Shown: positions 18,530 through 26,562 of the stretch, piece by piece
Position numbering within the stretch: the first letter of the stretch is position 1
Layout of the letters: each line of letters starts with the position of its first letter
Notes under the pieces: model-generated
Databases searched by the model: none
What the model was told of the DNA's origin: nothing
Seen by the model: the letters and a program-made list of their open reading frames with translations, nothing else
Translations under genes and position numbers: made by a program
DNA from: Solirubrobacterales bacterium
GTDB lineage: Bacteria; Actinomycetota; Thermoleophilia; Solirubrobacterales; 70-9
Assembly (NCBI GenBank): GCA_035698885.1
Contig: DASSBJ010000124.1
Location: 1 to 59,761 of the forward strand
Direction: 5' to 3'
DNA: 59,761 bases

Positions 18530-19650
18530 CCGACCTCGACGCACAGCCACCGCAGGGCGAAGAGCGCTCCTGTCAGCAGTGTGGAGAGTCGCTGGCGCCG
18601 AAAGCGGCGTTCTGTCGTTCATGCGGGGCGAAATACGAGCCACCGGCGCCATCAGAGCCCACCGCCGAGGAGCAGAAGACAGAGGTGCGTGACGCAGAGG
18701 CGAGCGTGGAGGAGCCGGTCGAGCCGATCTGTGGCAAATGCGGGGCGAGGCTGGCCGCCAGCAGTGCCTTTTGCCGCGCTTGCGGGACCCCGGTGCCCGG
18801 GGGCGGAGCTCCCACGCAGAAGCTCGACGCGCCACCGTCCGCGGATTCGACACCGACCCAGAAGCTCAGCCCAGCTCCGAGCCCGCCTCCGCCACCGTCA
18901 CGACCACCAGTTTCCCCGCCGCCTCCGAGCCCTCCCCCACCGCCGCCTGTCACGCCAGCGCCGCTCGCTGGGTCGGGAGGCTCGCGGAGCAAGATGCCGA
19001 TCGTCATCGGTGCACTCATCCTCCTGCTCGGCGCCGGGGTGGCGGTCGCGATCGTGGCGAGCAAGAGCTCGAACGCGAGCCACCCGACCGCCCTTTTTGA
19101 ACGGGCTGGGGCAGAAGGGGCCGAAGAAGAAGAACCGGGCGGCGAAATGGTCGAAACCGAAGAAGAAGCGGTGGAAGAACCCGTGGAAGGCGGGGAAGAA
19201 GTGAGCTCCGCCGGCTTCCCCGAAGTCTCGCGCTCGCGGATGAATGAAGAAATCACCTCGCTGTTGCAGGGCTACCACGAAGACGTGGTGGAAGAAGACT
19301 TCCAGGGCGCGTGGGCCATGCTCTCCCCGCGCAAGCGCCGCCAGTACCTGCGGGAATACGGTTACCAAAAGTGGGCCTCCGCTCAGGCAAGCCTCTCCCC
19401 CTACCTGGACCCATACGGACTGGAAGCCAACGTGGTCTCCCTCGAAGGCGAAGGGGTCGCGCGCGTCGACGTCACGGGCATGGGCTGGAGCAAGGCGGGG
19501 GCGCCGTGCTCGGAATGGTCGGGCCTCACCTGGGCCAAGTACGAAGGCGACGAATGGGCCTATGACCCCGGCTACTCCACGACGTCGGCGCGGCGGGCCA
19601 CCTGGCGGCCGCGCAGCGCGCGCCTCCTCGGCGGCGACTGCGCCGAATGA
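18526..19650 (+). CDS. Double zinc-ribbon, proline-rich, single-pass membrane protein
   Basis: ATGA overlap. CQQCG...FCRSCG and CGKCG...FCRACG ribbons, a PSPPPPPSRPPVSPPPPSPPPPPP tract, one helix, an acidic tract and a C-terminal globular part. Confidence 0.7.
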   Translation: MTDLDAQPPQGEERSCQQCGESLAPKAAFCRSCGAKYEPPAPSEPTAEEQKTEVRDAEASVEEPVEPICGKCGARLAASSAFCRACGTPVPGGGAPTQKLDAPPSADSTPTQKLSPAPSPPPPPSRPPVSPPPPSPPPPPPVTPAPLAGSGGSRSKMPIVIGALILLLGAGVAVAIVASKSSNASHPTALFERAGAEGAEEEEPGGEMVETEEEAVEEPVEGGEEVSSAGFPEVSRSRMNEEITSLLQGYHEDVVEEDFQGAWAMLSPRKRRQYLREYGYQKWASAQASLSPYLDPYGLEANVVSLEGEGVARVDVTGMGWSKAGAPCSEWSGLTWAKYEGDEWAYDPGYSTTSARRATWRPRSARLLGGDCAE

Positions 19651-20690
19651 GATCCGGACGCAGGCGCGGCGCCACCGCGCTGTTGGTGCTGGTCGTGATC
19701 GCGGCCGTCGCGGGCTACCTCTACGGCTCCACTCGTGGGGGCTCTTCGCAGGCCCCGTCCTCGCAGGCTCCGGTCAAGGCGCACCCCCAGGCCTCCTCGC
19801 GCGAAGCGGCACAGCGCGCTCATCTGGGCGCCGAGCTCCAGCACGGTGTAGACGCGGCGGCCGCCCTCGGCGGCACCGCTGAGGCGGCGATCATGCTCGA
19901 CGGCTGGCCGACGCCGCTCATCGTCAGCTCAGAGGCCGACGGGGAAGGCCGGTTCATGCGCATGTGGAGCATGAGCAAGGTCTCGACGATGATCGCGGTC
20001 CTGCACGGCCTCGGCTGGGGGCGCCGACCCGGACGGCCGATCTCACCCGAGCTCGACGAGGCCCTGCACGGTGCGATCACGCGCTCGGAGAACTGCCGCC
20101 AACGGCGCGTCGTGCTCGAACTACAGCGCCTCTCCGGCGGTACCGCCGCCGCCAGGAGGGCCCTCCAAGATGTCTTCCGCGAGGCTGGCGCGGAAGTCAG
20201 AGTCGGGATCCAGATCGCCCCGCCAGAAGAAAACTGCCTCGCATACCTCGAAACCCAGACCGAATTAGCCGAACCATTGGCGCCGGCGCTGCTGTTGGGC
20301 ACCTCGACCTGGCGGGCCGGTGACGCGGTGCGCCTGGTCCACGCGCTCTCGATCGGCACCTACGGTGCCGCGATCTCACGTGAGGTCTTGGGACTGATGC
20401 GCCTGCCCAAGCAGCCGAGTCGCGAGGTGGATCCGGGTGAACTCACCGCCCCGCTGGATTGGGGCGCCGGAGAATCCCTGCCGAGCGGAACCCCCTATAA
20501 GTCCGGGTGGGGCGGCAGCCTCAACGGCAACTTCCTCGCCGGCCAGATCGCCCTCGCTGAGCTGCCCGGCATCGGTCGGGCGGCGCTTGTCGGCGTCTTC
20601 CATCCTGACCGCCAGCCCTCACGCGACGATCCGGGGATCACCGAGGCCCCCCAAGCACTCGACGCGATCTTCTCCTCGCTCGGTCGATAG
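19647..20690 (+). CDS. Membrane-anchored serine hydrolase, class A beta-lactamase/PBP-like fold
   Basis: ATGA overlap. N-terminal helix, SMSK (SxxK) and YKSGWGG (K-S/T-G) motifs. Confidence 0.7.
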   Translation: MRSGRRRGATALLVLVVIAAVAGYLYGSTRGGSSQAPSSQAPVKAHPQASSREAAQRAHLGAELQHGVDAAAALGGTAEAAIMLDGWPTPLIVSSEADGEGRFMRMWSMSKVSTMIAVLHGLGWGRRPGRPISPELDEALHGAITRSENCRQRRVVLELQRLSGGTAAARRALQDVFREAGAEVRVGIQIAPPEENCLAYLETQTELAEPLAPALLLGTSTWRAGDAVRLVHALSIGTYGAAISREVLGLMRLPKQPSREVDPGELTAPLDWGAGESLPSGTPYKSGWGGSLNGNFLAGQIALAELPGIGRAALVGVFHPDRQPSRDDPGITEAPQALDAIFSSLGR

Positions 20691-20738
20691 GGAGTCCATC
20701 CCAGCTTCTGCTGGGCGATCGCCCTTCGGGCTGGGTGG

Positions 20739-21152
20739 CTAGCCCCGCTCTTCGATGAACAACGGGGACGTCGAATAGGTCGCGGGTTCGCCCTCGTTGC
20801 AGAAGCGGTGCTGTTCGTCGCCAATGAACAGGCAGCTCCATTCCGAGGACGCTTCGCCGTTGAGGATTCGTTCACTTGCACTCAACGCTTCTGCGCAGCT
20901 CATCGAGGGAACCGCCCTGACGACGAACTTGCCCTTTACCATGCCGCAGTTGCGAGGCGTGTTTGGGTCCACTTCACCTTCGTCGATAGGCACTTCTCCT
21001 TGTTGGGCCTGGCTTTCAGACGGCAGCTGAGTCCCGCTCGATTGAGAGCCCGACTGCGTGCTGTCGGAAGTCCCTGACCCGCACCCGGCCAACCCCAGCG
21101 CGACGAGGATCACGAGCGGTAATGTGCGGCGCAGGTTCCAAGGGGGTCCCAT
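20739..21152 (-). CDS. Lipoprotein, function unknown
   Basis: Signal peptide with the lipobox LAGC. Cys-containing mature domain. Confidence 0.65.
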   Translation of the reverse strand: MGPPWNLRRTLPLVILVALGLAGCGSGTSDSTQSGSQSSGTQLPSESQAQQGEVPIDEGEVDPNTPRNCGMVKGKFVVRAVPSMSCAEALSASERILNGEASSEWSCLFIGDEQHRFCNEGEPATYSTSPLFIEERG

Positions 21153-21242
21153 CTAAGTCGAGGCAGTCTAAGGAACTACGGGTCGGCCAGCATCTGGATT
21201 TACGGCCTTCAGCAGCGAAGAGCGAATAGGGTTCTAGAATCC

Positions 21243-22001
21243 ATGGGCGGGGAGAGCACTGTGTACTGCGGTTCCTGCGGAGGGGCGCTGTCAGACAGCG
21301 CTCGGTTCTGCCGCTCCTGCGGCGCCTCCCAGGAGGCATTCACGGCAGAGCAGCCACACCAACCGCCAGCGCCGGCCCCTCCTGCGTCCGCTCCGCCGTT
21401 GCCGAGCCCACAGCCGCGCCAGCCCGCGCCGCCGACCCAACCACCTGCGCTCACGCCGAGCCCCGGTGCCTGGCCTCAGGCAAACGCCAATGGCTACCAG
21501 AGCGCGACCGGCTACCGCGCCGCCGCCTATCTGGCAATCGCGGGCGGCATCGGGATGTGTTTCATGGTGCTCTACGCGATCCTCTATGTGCCGTTGCACC
21601 ACCACTTTCCCCTCGCCTTCGGTGAATCGCTTCAGTTCGGCGACCTGCTGGCCTTCGGCGGCGGCGCCCTGGCGGTGGTGATCGGGGTGCTAGCGCTGCG
21701 ACGTGCGCCGGCGAACCCGGGCGCAACCGGCGCTGTCCTGATCCTCGCCGGCCTGGCGTCCGTGATCCTGGTCGCGGTCTGGGCCTTCCCTGAAACGCTC
21801 CACCTCGACTACTTCTTCGAGCGCCCGTTCTATTTCGGCTTCGTCTACTTCTGCGAATTGGGCAAGGCACACATCGGCGACAGCTACGAGAATGGCTACA
21901 TCCAGGTCCCTCTGCTGGTCAGCTCCGCGGCGGTGTTCCTCGCGGGTTGCCTGATGGCCTTCGCCCGTGGCAACCGCCCGAGCGCGCGCACCTGGCAATG
22001 A
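21243..22001 (+). CDS. Zinc-ribbon, proline-rich polytopic membrane protein
   Basis: CGSCG...FCRSCG ribbon, a Pro/Ala/Gln-rich linker and about five helices. Confidence 0.7.
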   Translation: MGGESTVYCGSCGGALSDSARFCRSCGASQEAFTAEQPHQPPAPAPPASAPPLPSPQPRQPAPPTQPPALTPSPGAWPQANANGYQSATGYRAAAYLAIAGGIGMCFMVLYAILYVPLHHHFPLAFGESLQFGDLLAFGGGALAVVIGVLALRRAPANPGATGAVLILAGLASVILVAVWAFPETLHLDYFFERPFYFGFVYFCELGKAHIGDSYENGYIQVPLLVSSAAVFLAGCLMAFARGNRPSARTWQ

Positions 22002-22153
22002 GCGAGGATGCGACCGTCGGCCCCGCCGCGTCAGCAGGGGATGGGCGAGTCTGTCAGCGGTGTGGGCACTCGCTGTCGGGGGGCGCTGACTTCTGCCGCA
22101 GCTGCGGCGCTCGATCTCGATCCTGTCGTCCTCCCCGTCGAGCGAGCGCTTGA
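21998..22153 (+). CDS. Possible 51-aa zinc-ribbon peptide (uncertain 3' end)
   Basis: ATGA overlap. CQRCG...FCRSCG. Codon third-position G+C drops after the ribbon, while the opposite strand looks coding. See findings. Confidence 0.3.
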   Translation: MSEDATVGPAASAGDGRVCQRCGHSLSGGADFCRSCGARSRSCRPPRRASA

Positions 22154-22306
22154 TGAACTCGGTCGACGGATCAACTGGTGGTGGAAAGTCGGCCGGGACA
22201 GACTTGCCAGGTTCCGGACTCCGTGTCATCGCTCGCTTCCTCCTCATCCGCTCCGCCCTCTGGTGGGAAGCGTGGTCGGCTGGGTTGCTTATCGCACAAT
22301 ATCGGT

Positions 22307-22332
22307 CGGTTGATTGACGAGTCAGTCAACCG
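22307..22332. promoter_or_regulatory. Imperfect 12-bp-arm palindrome CGGTTGATTGAC-GA-GTCAGTCAACCG
   Basis: 11 of 12 arm positions pair. Lies ~20 nt upstream of the hydrolase ORF start (22351). Confidence 0.45.
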
Positions 22333-22365
22333 GGATATCCTCACCTGCCGATGGAGCTTTTCTGC

Positions 22366-23113
22366 ATGAGCAAAGGCAGCGGTCCGCCTATCGTCCTGCT
22401 CCACGGGACCGGCGGAAGCTGGGAATCCTGGGGGTCTGTGATCGGGCTTTTGGCACCTCACAGGCGCGTCGCCCTCGTTGCCGGACAAAACGCCTCCTGC
22501 TATCCGCACGCTGGCCGACGCCGTTGCGGCGTGGATGGCGGCAAGCGGATTGGAGCGCCCCCATGTGGCGGGCAACTCCCTCGGCGGAGCGGTCGCACTG
22601 GAGCTGGCCAAGGGAGCGCAGATCGCCAGTGCGACGGCGCTTTCGCCAATCGGTTTCAGCAATCGTTGGGAATTCGCCTACGGCGCCGCGTCGCTGAGGG
22701 CTACTCGCGCCGGGGCACGCCTGACGGGGCCAATCGCGCCGCTGCTTTTCGGCAATCGGCTCGGCCGCACGGCACTACTTTGGCAGGCGATGGCTCGGCC
22801 GTGGCGCATGTCGGGTGAGGCAGCGATCAGCGGCTCACGCGCGATGGCCGCAGCACCGGCTTTCATGGCGACGGTCAAGGCGGCAAGCGAGTACCGATTC
22901 GCCGGCCCGCTCGGCGATGTCACTGTGACGATCGGGTGGGGAACGCGGGATCGTCTGCTGTTCTGGCGCCAGGCAAAGCGGGCGCAAGAGACTCTGCCCG
23001 AGGCTAGCTTTGTGCCTCTCCCCGGTTGCGGGCATGTCCCGATGACCGACGATCCAGAGCTGATCGCCGCTGTTCTGCTGAATGGCAGCGAAACCGCGAG
23101 GGGTGCGGCTTGA
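22366..23113 (+). pseudogene. Alpha/beta hydrolase, reading frame broken near 22468-22485
   Basis: The N-terminal GPPIVLLHGTGGSWESW...HRRV is in one frame. DKTPPAIRTLADAV...HVAGNSLGGAVALELA...GCGHVPM is in the +1 frame. The usual DLPGxGxS stretch between them is missing. Confidence 0.65.
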
Positions 23114-23147
23114 GCATGGTGGCGCGCCGGCCGATTAGATCGCTGCC

Positions 23148-23376
23148 ATGTTCTACAGCCGCTTGATCGACGTCCTGCTCGAATGGCTTGAGACCGGCCG
23201 CTTTCCCCGCGAGGAACTGCGCGTGCGACCTGTCATTACGGTGGCCTTCACCGTCGTAATTCTCGTCTTGGTGATTGCCCTGGCCCGTCATGCCTCCGCC
23301 TCCCAGCGGTGAGATCACCTCCGAGGAGTACCGCGAGCGCCGCGAGACGCTGACCGATCGCCAGCCGGATCAGTAG
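23148..23376 (+). pseudogene. Small membrane protein with SHOCT-like tail, split by a 1-nt frame change at ~23307-23312
   Basis: A 54-codon ORF with one helix ends at TGA 23310-23312. The +1 frame continues GEITSEEYRERRETLTDRQPDQ (SHOCT-like), ending at 23376. Confidence 0.45.
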
Positions 23377-23738
23377 GTAAAGGCCATCGCCCCCTCGCCG
23401 GCGAACTCCATCAGCGGCGTCGCTCCCTTGAGTTCGGCGCTCTCGATCAGGTCGCCCTCGTCGAGGTCGCGCTCGTTGAAGCAGATCGGGCAAACGTAGA
23501 AGCGGCCGCCTTTCTCGACGAACTGCGCATGCACCCGCTCCACCGGCGGTTCCATGCCGACGCGGATGCGATCCGCGTAGCCCGACAGCGCCAGGCGAAC
23601 GCCGTCGACCGTCAGCCACATCACCACGTCCTTGCCCTGGTCGAGGGCGGCAACTGCCGTCAGGTAGGCGACGACGACCCGATCGGGGTCCTCCTCGCCG
23701 TGCGTGCAGCCGACTATCACTCGCTCTCCGTTTGCCAT
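23370..23738 (-). CDS. DsrE/DsrF-like sulfur-relay family protein
   Basis: GGAGGAG lies 6 nt upstream of the ATG at 23738. VIVGCTHGEEDPDRV and FYVCPICFNERDL motifs. Confidence 0.75.
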   Translation of the reverse strand: MANGERVIVGCTHGEEDPDRVVVAYLTAVAALDQGKDVVMWLTVDGVRLALSGYADRIRVGMEPPVERVHAQFVEKGGRFYVCPICFNERDLDEGDLIESAELKGATPLMEFAGEGAMAFTY

Positions 23739-23767
23739 CGACATCTCCTCCCGGTTCGTTTTTGTGT

Positions 23768-24262
23768 TCAGAGGGGCCTCGGCTCGCCACCGCGGCGTCC
23801 GTGCAGGAGGCCGTAGATCAACGAGGGCAGGCACCAGTTCGTAGTCATGACCGTCGCCGCCACCACCAGCAGGGGGACGGCGAGCACCCAGGCGAGCGCC
23901 GAGGCGTCCACCGCAAAGGCAAGGGCGATCGCCGCGATCCATGGCGTCGCCAGCTGACAGGCGAAGCGGCGGGGCGGTGGGCTTGGCGGCAGGCTCGGGC
24001 CGCCCAGCAACGGTCGCAACGCGTCGTAGAGATAGTCGAAGGGATGCTTCGCGGTGACGAACCCGCCGAGCAGGGCGGTGAGGGCCATCGCCAACAGCAA
24101 AGCCGGGCTGGCGAGCACGGTGCCGAGCGCGATTCCGGCGAAGCAGAGAAGGGGCGAGAAGCGCAGGCCGAGCCAGAGGCTCCTTCGCTCCGAGTCGCTG
24201 AGGGCGCCGTACCCCTGCATGGTGAGGCAGCTCCGCGACCAGGCTCCGAGGCGCTCGATCAT
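23768..24262 (-). CDS. DUF4395-like membrane protein
   Basis: ATGA overlap with the methyltransferase stop. Four helices. The RRFACQL motif matches my recollection of DUF4395. Confidence 0.65.
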   Translation of the reverse strand: MIERLGAWSRSCLTMQGYGALSDSERRSLWLGLRFSPLLCFAGIALGTVLASPALLLAMALTALLGGFVTAKHPFDYLYDALRPLLGGPSLPPSPPPRRFACQLATPWIAAIALAFAVDASALAWVLAVPLLVVAATVMTTNWCLPSLIYGLLHGRRGGEPRPL

Positions 24263-25047
24263 CCCGATCCCTCCTCCGTGCGGCGAGCCAGCAAGGAGAT
24301 GCTGGTGACGCCGTATTTCTGCGTGGCGTTGTCGGCGCGATCGGAGACGAAGCGGTAGTCGTTCTCGCGGACCTCGCCGATCTCGAAGCCGGCGCGCTCG
24401 ATCGTCTCCAGGTAGCGGTCGCGCTGCATCGCGCCGCCGATGCATGCAGCCCACAGCGAGGCGTCGCAGGTGACGCCCTCGGGCAAGGGCTTGGCGCTGA
24501 CGATGTCGGCGATCGCCAGTCGACCACCGGGCCGCAGCGCCGCCGCGGCGGCGGCGAAGACCGCGGCCTTGTCGGGCGAGAGGTTGATAACGCCGTTGGA
24601 GATCACGCAGTCGACCGAGCCTGCCTTGACGGGCGGCTTCTCGATCATGCCCCGGCGGAACTCTGCGTTGCCGATCCCCGCCTCCTCCGCGAGGCGCGTC
24701 GCCTTGGCGAGCTGCTCGTCGGTCATGTCGACGCCGATCACCCGCCCCGCCTGCCCGGCGGCGAGCGCCGCGAGTAGCGAGTCGGTGCCCGAGCCGCTGC
24801 CAAGGTCGAGCACGACGTCGCCCGCCTCGATCGCCGCCAGGTCGAGGAAGTAGCCGACCCCGGCGAAGGAGTCGATCGCCGCGGCGGGGATGCGATCGAG
24901 CTCGGCCGGCGGGTAGCCGAGGTGCTCGGCGAGCGGGCGACCCGTCTCGAAGTGGAACTCGCGCTCGGGATGGAGCGCGACCTCCTCATACATGTCCTTG
25001 ACCCGCTTGGTCAGATCGGCGGTGTCTAGCTGCGCGGTCGTTGCCAT
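24259..25047 (-). CDS. ArsM-like SAM-dependent methyltransferase lacking two canonical As(III)-binding cysteines
   Basis: VLDLGSGSGTD (motif I), VDCVISNGVINLSPDK and LWAACIGGA. ArsM normally has GCG and SNCVINL at the aligned places. Confidence 0.85.
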   Translation of the reverse strand: MATTAQLDTADLTKRVKDMYEEVALHPEREFHFETGRPLAEHLGYPPAELDRIPAAAIDSFAGVGYFLDLAAIEAGDVVLDLGSGSGTDSLLAALAAGQAGRVIGVDMTDEQLAKATRLAEEAGIGNAEFRRGMIEKPPVKAGSVDCVISNGVINLSPDKAAVFAAAAAALRPGGRLAIADIVSAKPLPEGVTCDASLWAACIGGAMQRDRYLETIERAGFEIGEVRENDYRFVSDRADNATQKYGVTSISLLARRTEEGSG

Positions 25048-25064
25048 CGTCGGTTCTCTCCTCC

Positions 25065-25721
25065 TCAGTGGGCTTGAATGGGCTTGCCGGCCAGACGCCA
25101 CTCGGGCCAGCCGTCCTCCAGTCGCCGGGCCTTGCGCCCGGTGTCTTTCAAGCGGCGAACCGCCTCGTGCGCGTAGGCGCAGAACGGGCCGCGACAGTAG
25201 GCGACGATCTCCTGGTCGGGCGGAAGCTCGGCGAGCCGGCGCTCGAGCTCGGGAAGTGGGATCGAGCGCGCTCCCTCGATATGGCCGGCGGCAAACTCCT
25301 CCTCGGGCCGCACGTCGACCAAGACGACGTCGCCCTTCGTAAGTCGCTCCAGCAGATCCTCGCGCCCGATCGTCTCGACGTCATCGCCAAGGTAGTCGCG
25401 TGCGGCTCGCTCGACCTCGCCGAGGTGGGCTACCGAGGCATCACGCAGGGCAAGCCAAAGGCGAAGTGCGTCCTCGCCGGCCATCGCGTACACGACGCGC
25501 GTGCCTTCACGGGTGCGGGTGACTATCCCGGCCGCGTGAAGCGCCTGCAGGTGCTGGGAGGCGTTTGCCGTCGACTGTCCGCTCGCGCGTGCCAGCTCCT
25601 CGACGCTGCGCGGCGCCTGCGCGAGGAGGTCGAGCAACTCGAGCCGGCGCGGGCTGGCAAACGCCTTGCCCATCAGCGCAATCGCTTCGAACAGGGCCTG
25701 CTTTGCGTCGCTGGAAGCCAT
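25065..25721 (-). CDS. ArsR-family HTH regulator fused to a rhodanese domain
   Basis: The N-terminal part has ASPRRLELLDLLA...SVEELA...NASQHLQALHAAGIV. The C-terminal part has VLVDVRPEEEFAAGHIEGARSIP...IVAYCRGPFCAYA (rhodanese active-site loop). Confidence 0.88.
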   Translation of the reverse strand: MASSDAKQALFEAIALMGKAFASPRRLELLDLLAQAPRSVEELARASGQSTANASQHLQALHAAGIVTRTREGTRVVYAMAGEDALRLWLALRDASVAHLGEVERAARDYLGDDVETIGREDLLERLTKGDVVLVDVRPEEEFAAGHIEGARSIPLPELERRLAELPPDQEIVAYCRGPFCAYAHEAVRRLKDTGRKARRLEDGWPEWRLAGKPIQAH

Positions 25722-25727
25722 GTTTTG

Positions 25728-25760
25728 CTATTCAATAGAACGCTTGATAGCTTGTCAAGC
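25728..25760. promoter_or_regulatory. Two 11-bp palindromes in a divergent promoter region (CTATTCAATAG and GCTTGTCAAGC)
   Basis: 25728-25738 and 25750-25760, each with perfect 5-bp arms around a central base. AT-rich 69-bp intergenic region between the regulator (start 25721) and the MBL gene (start 25791). Confidence 0.45.
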
Positions 25761-25790
25761 CTTACCGGCGATTCGGATCTGGAGGCTCAG

Positions 25791-26555
25791 ATGTTCTTCC
25801 GGCAGCTCCTCAACGACGAGACGGCATGCGCCTCGTACCTCCTCGGCTGTGCCAGTCAGGCCCAGCTCGCCGTGGTCGACCCCCACGTTGACCTGGTCGA
25901 CGACTACATCGCCCTGGCCAAGGCCCAGAGCATCCCGATCGTCGCCGTCCTCGACACCCACCTGCAGGCCGATCACGTCTCCGGGCTGCCCGCGCTGGTC
26001 GAGCGCACCGGTGCCCGCGCCTACCTGCCGGCCGGCGCCGGAGTCGAGTTCGACCACCACCCCCTTGCCGACGGAGAGGTCGTCAAGCTCGGCAACACCG
26101 AGATCGAGGCGATCGCGACGCCGGGGCACGCCCTCGCCCACCACGCCTACCTCGTCACCGACCGCCGCCGCGCCGAGCAGCCCTGGCTGGTGCTGACCGG
26201 CGACGCGCTGCTGGTCGGGGACGCCGGGCGACCGGACCTGCACGCGGGTGGAGAGCACAGCGTCGAGGAGATGGCACGGACGCTTTACCGGTCGCTGACC
26301 GAGCGGCTGCTGGCGCTGCCCGATCACCTGGTGCTCTACCCCTCGCACTACTCGGGGTCGGTGTGCGGGCGCAGTCTTTCGGCCAACCCGATCTCCAGCG
26401 TCGGCTTCGAGCGCCGCCACAACACCGCCCTGCGGTTCTCCTCCGAGGAGGAGTTCGTCGCCGCCCTGACGGAGGACATCCCGCCGGCGCCGGAGCAGCA
26501 GGCGGCGATCGTCGCCGCCAACCGCTCCGGCCGAGTGCTCCTCGCCAGCGGCTGA
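25791..26555 (+). CDS. MBL-fold metallo-hydrolase, persulfide dioxygenase (ETHE1/Blh)-like
   Basis: GGAGG 5 nt upstream of the ATG. LDTHLQADHVSG (HxHxDH-type motif), ATPGHALAH and LLVGDAGRPDL. Confidence 0.85.
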   Translation: MFFRQLLNDETACASYLLGCASQAQLAVVDPHVDLVDDYIALAKAQSIPIVAVLDTHLQADHVSGLPALVERTGARAYLPAGAGVEFDHHPLADGEVVKLGNTEIEAIATPGHALAHHAYLVTDRRRAEQPWLVLTGDALLVGDAGRPDLHAGGEHSVEEMARTLYRSLTERLLALPDHLVLYPSHYSGSVCGRSLSANPISSVGFERRHNTALRFSSEEEFVAALTEDIPPAPEQQAAIVAANRSGRVLLASG

Positions 26556-26562
26556 GACGGCG

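Noticed and set aside
21235-21240. TAGAAT hexamer as a -10 box for a leaderless transcript of the gene starting at 21243
   Set aside because: Only 2 nt separate the hexamer from the ATG. That is too close for a transcription start at the A of the start codon.
25041-25790. N-terminal 250 codons of the 504-aa ORF ending at 26555
   Set aside because: This part is antisense to the well-supported ArsR-rhodanese gene. The MBL protein starts at ATG 25791, which has a GGAGG RBS.
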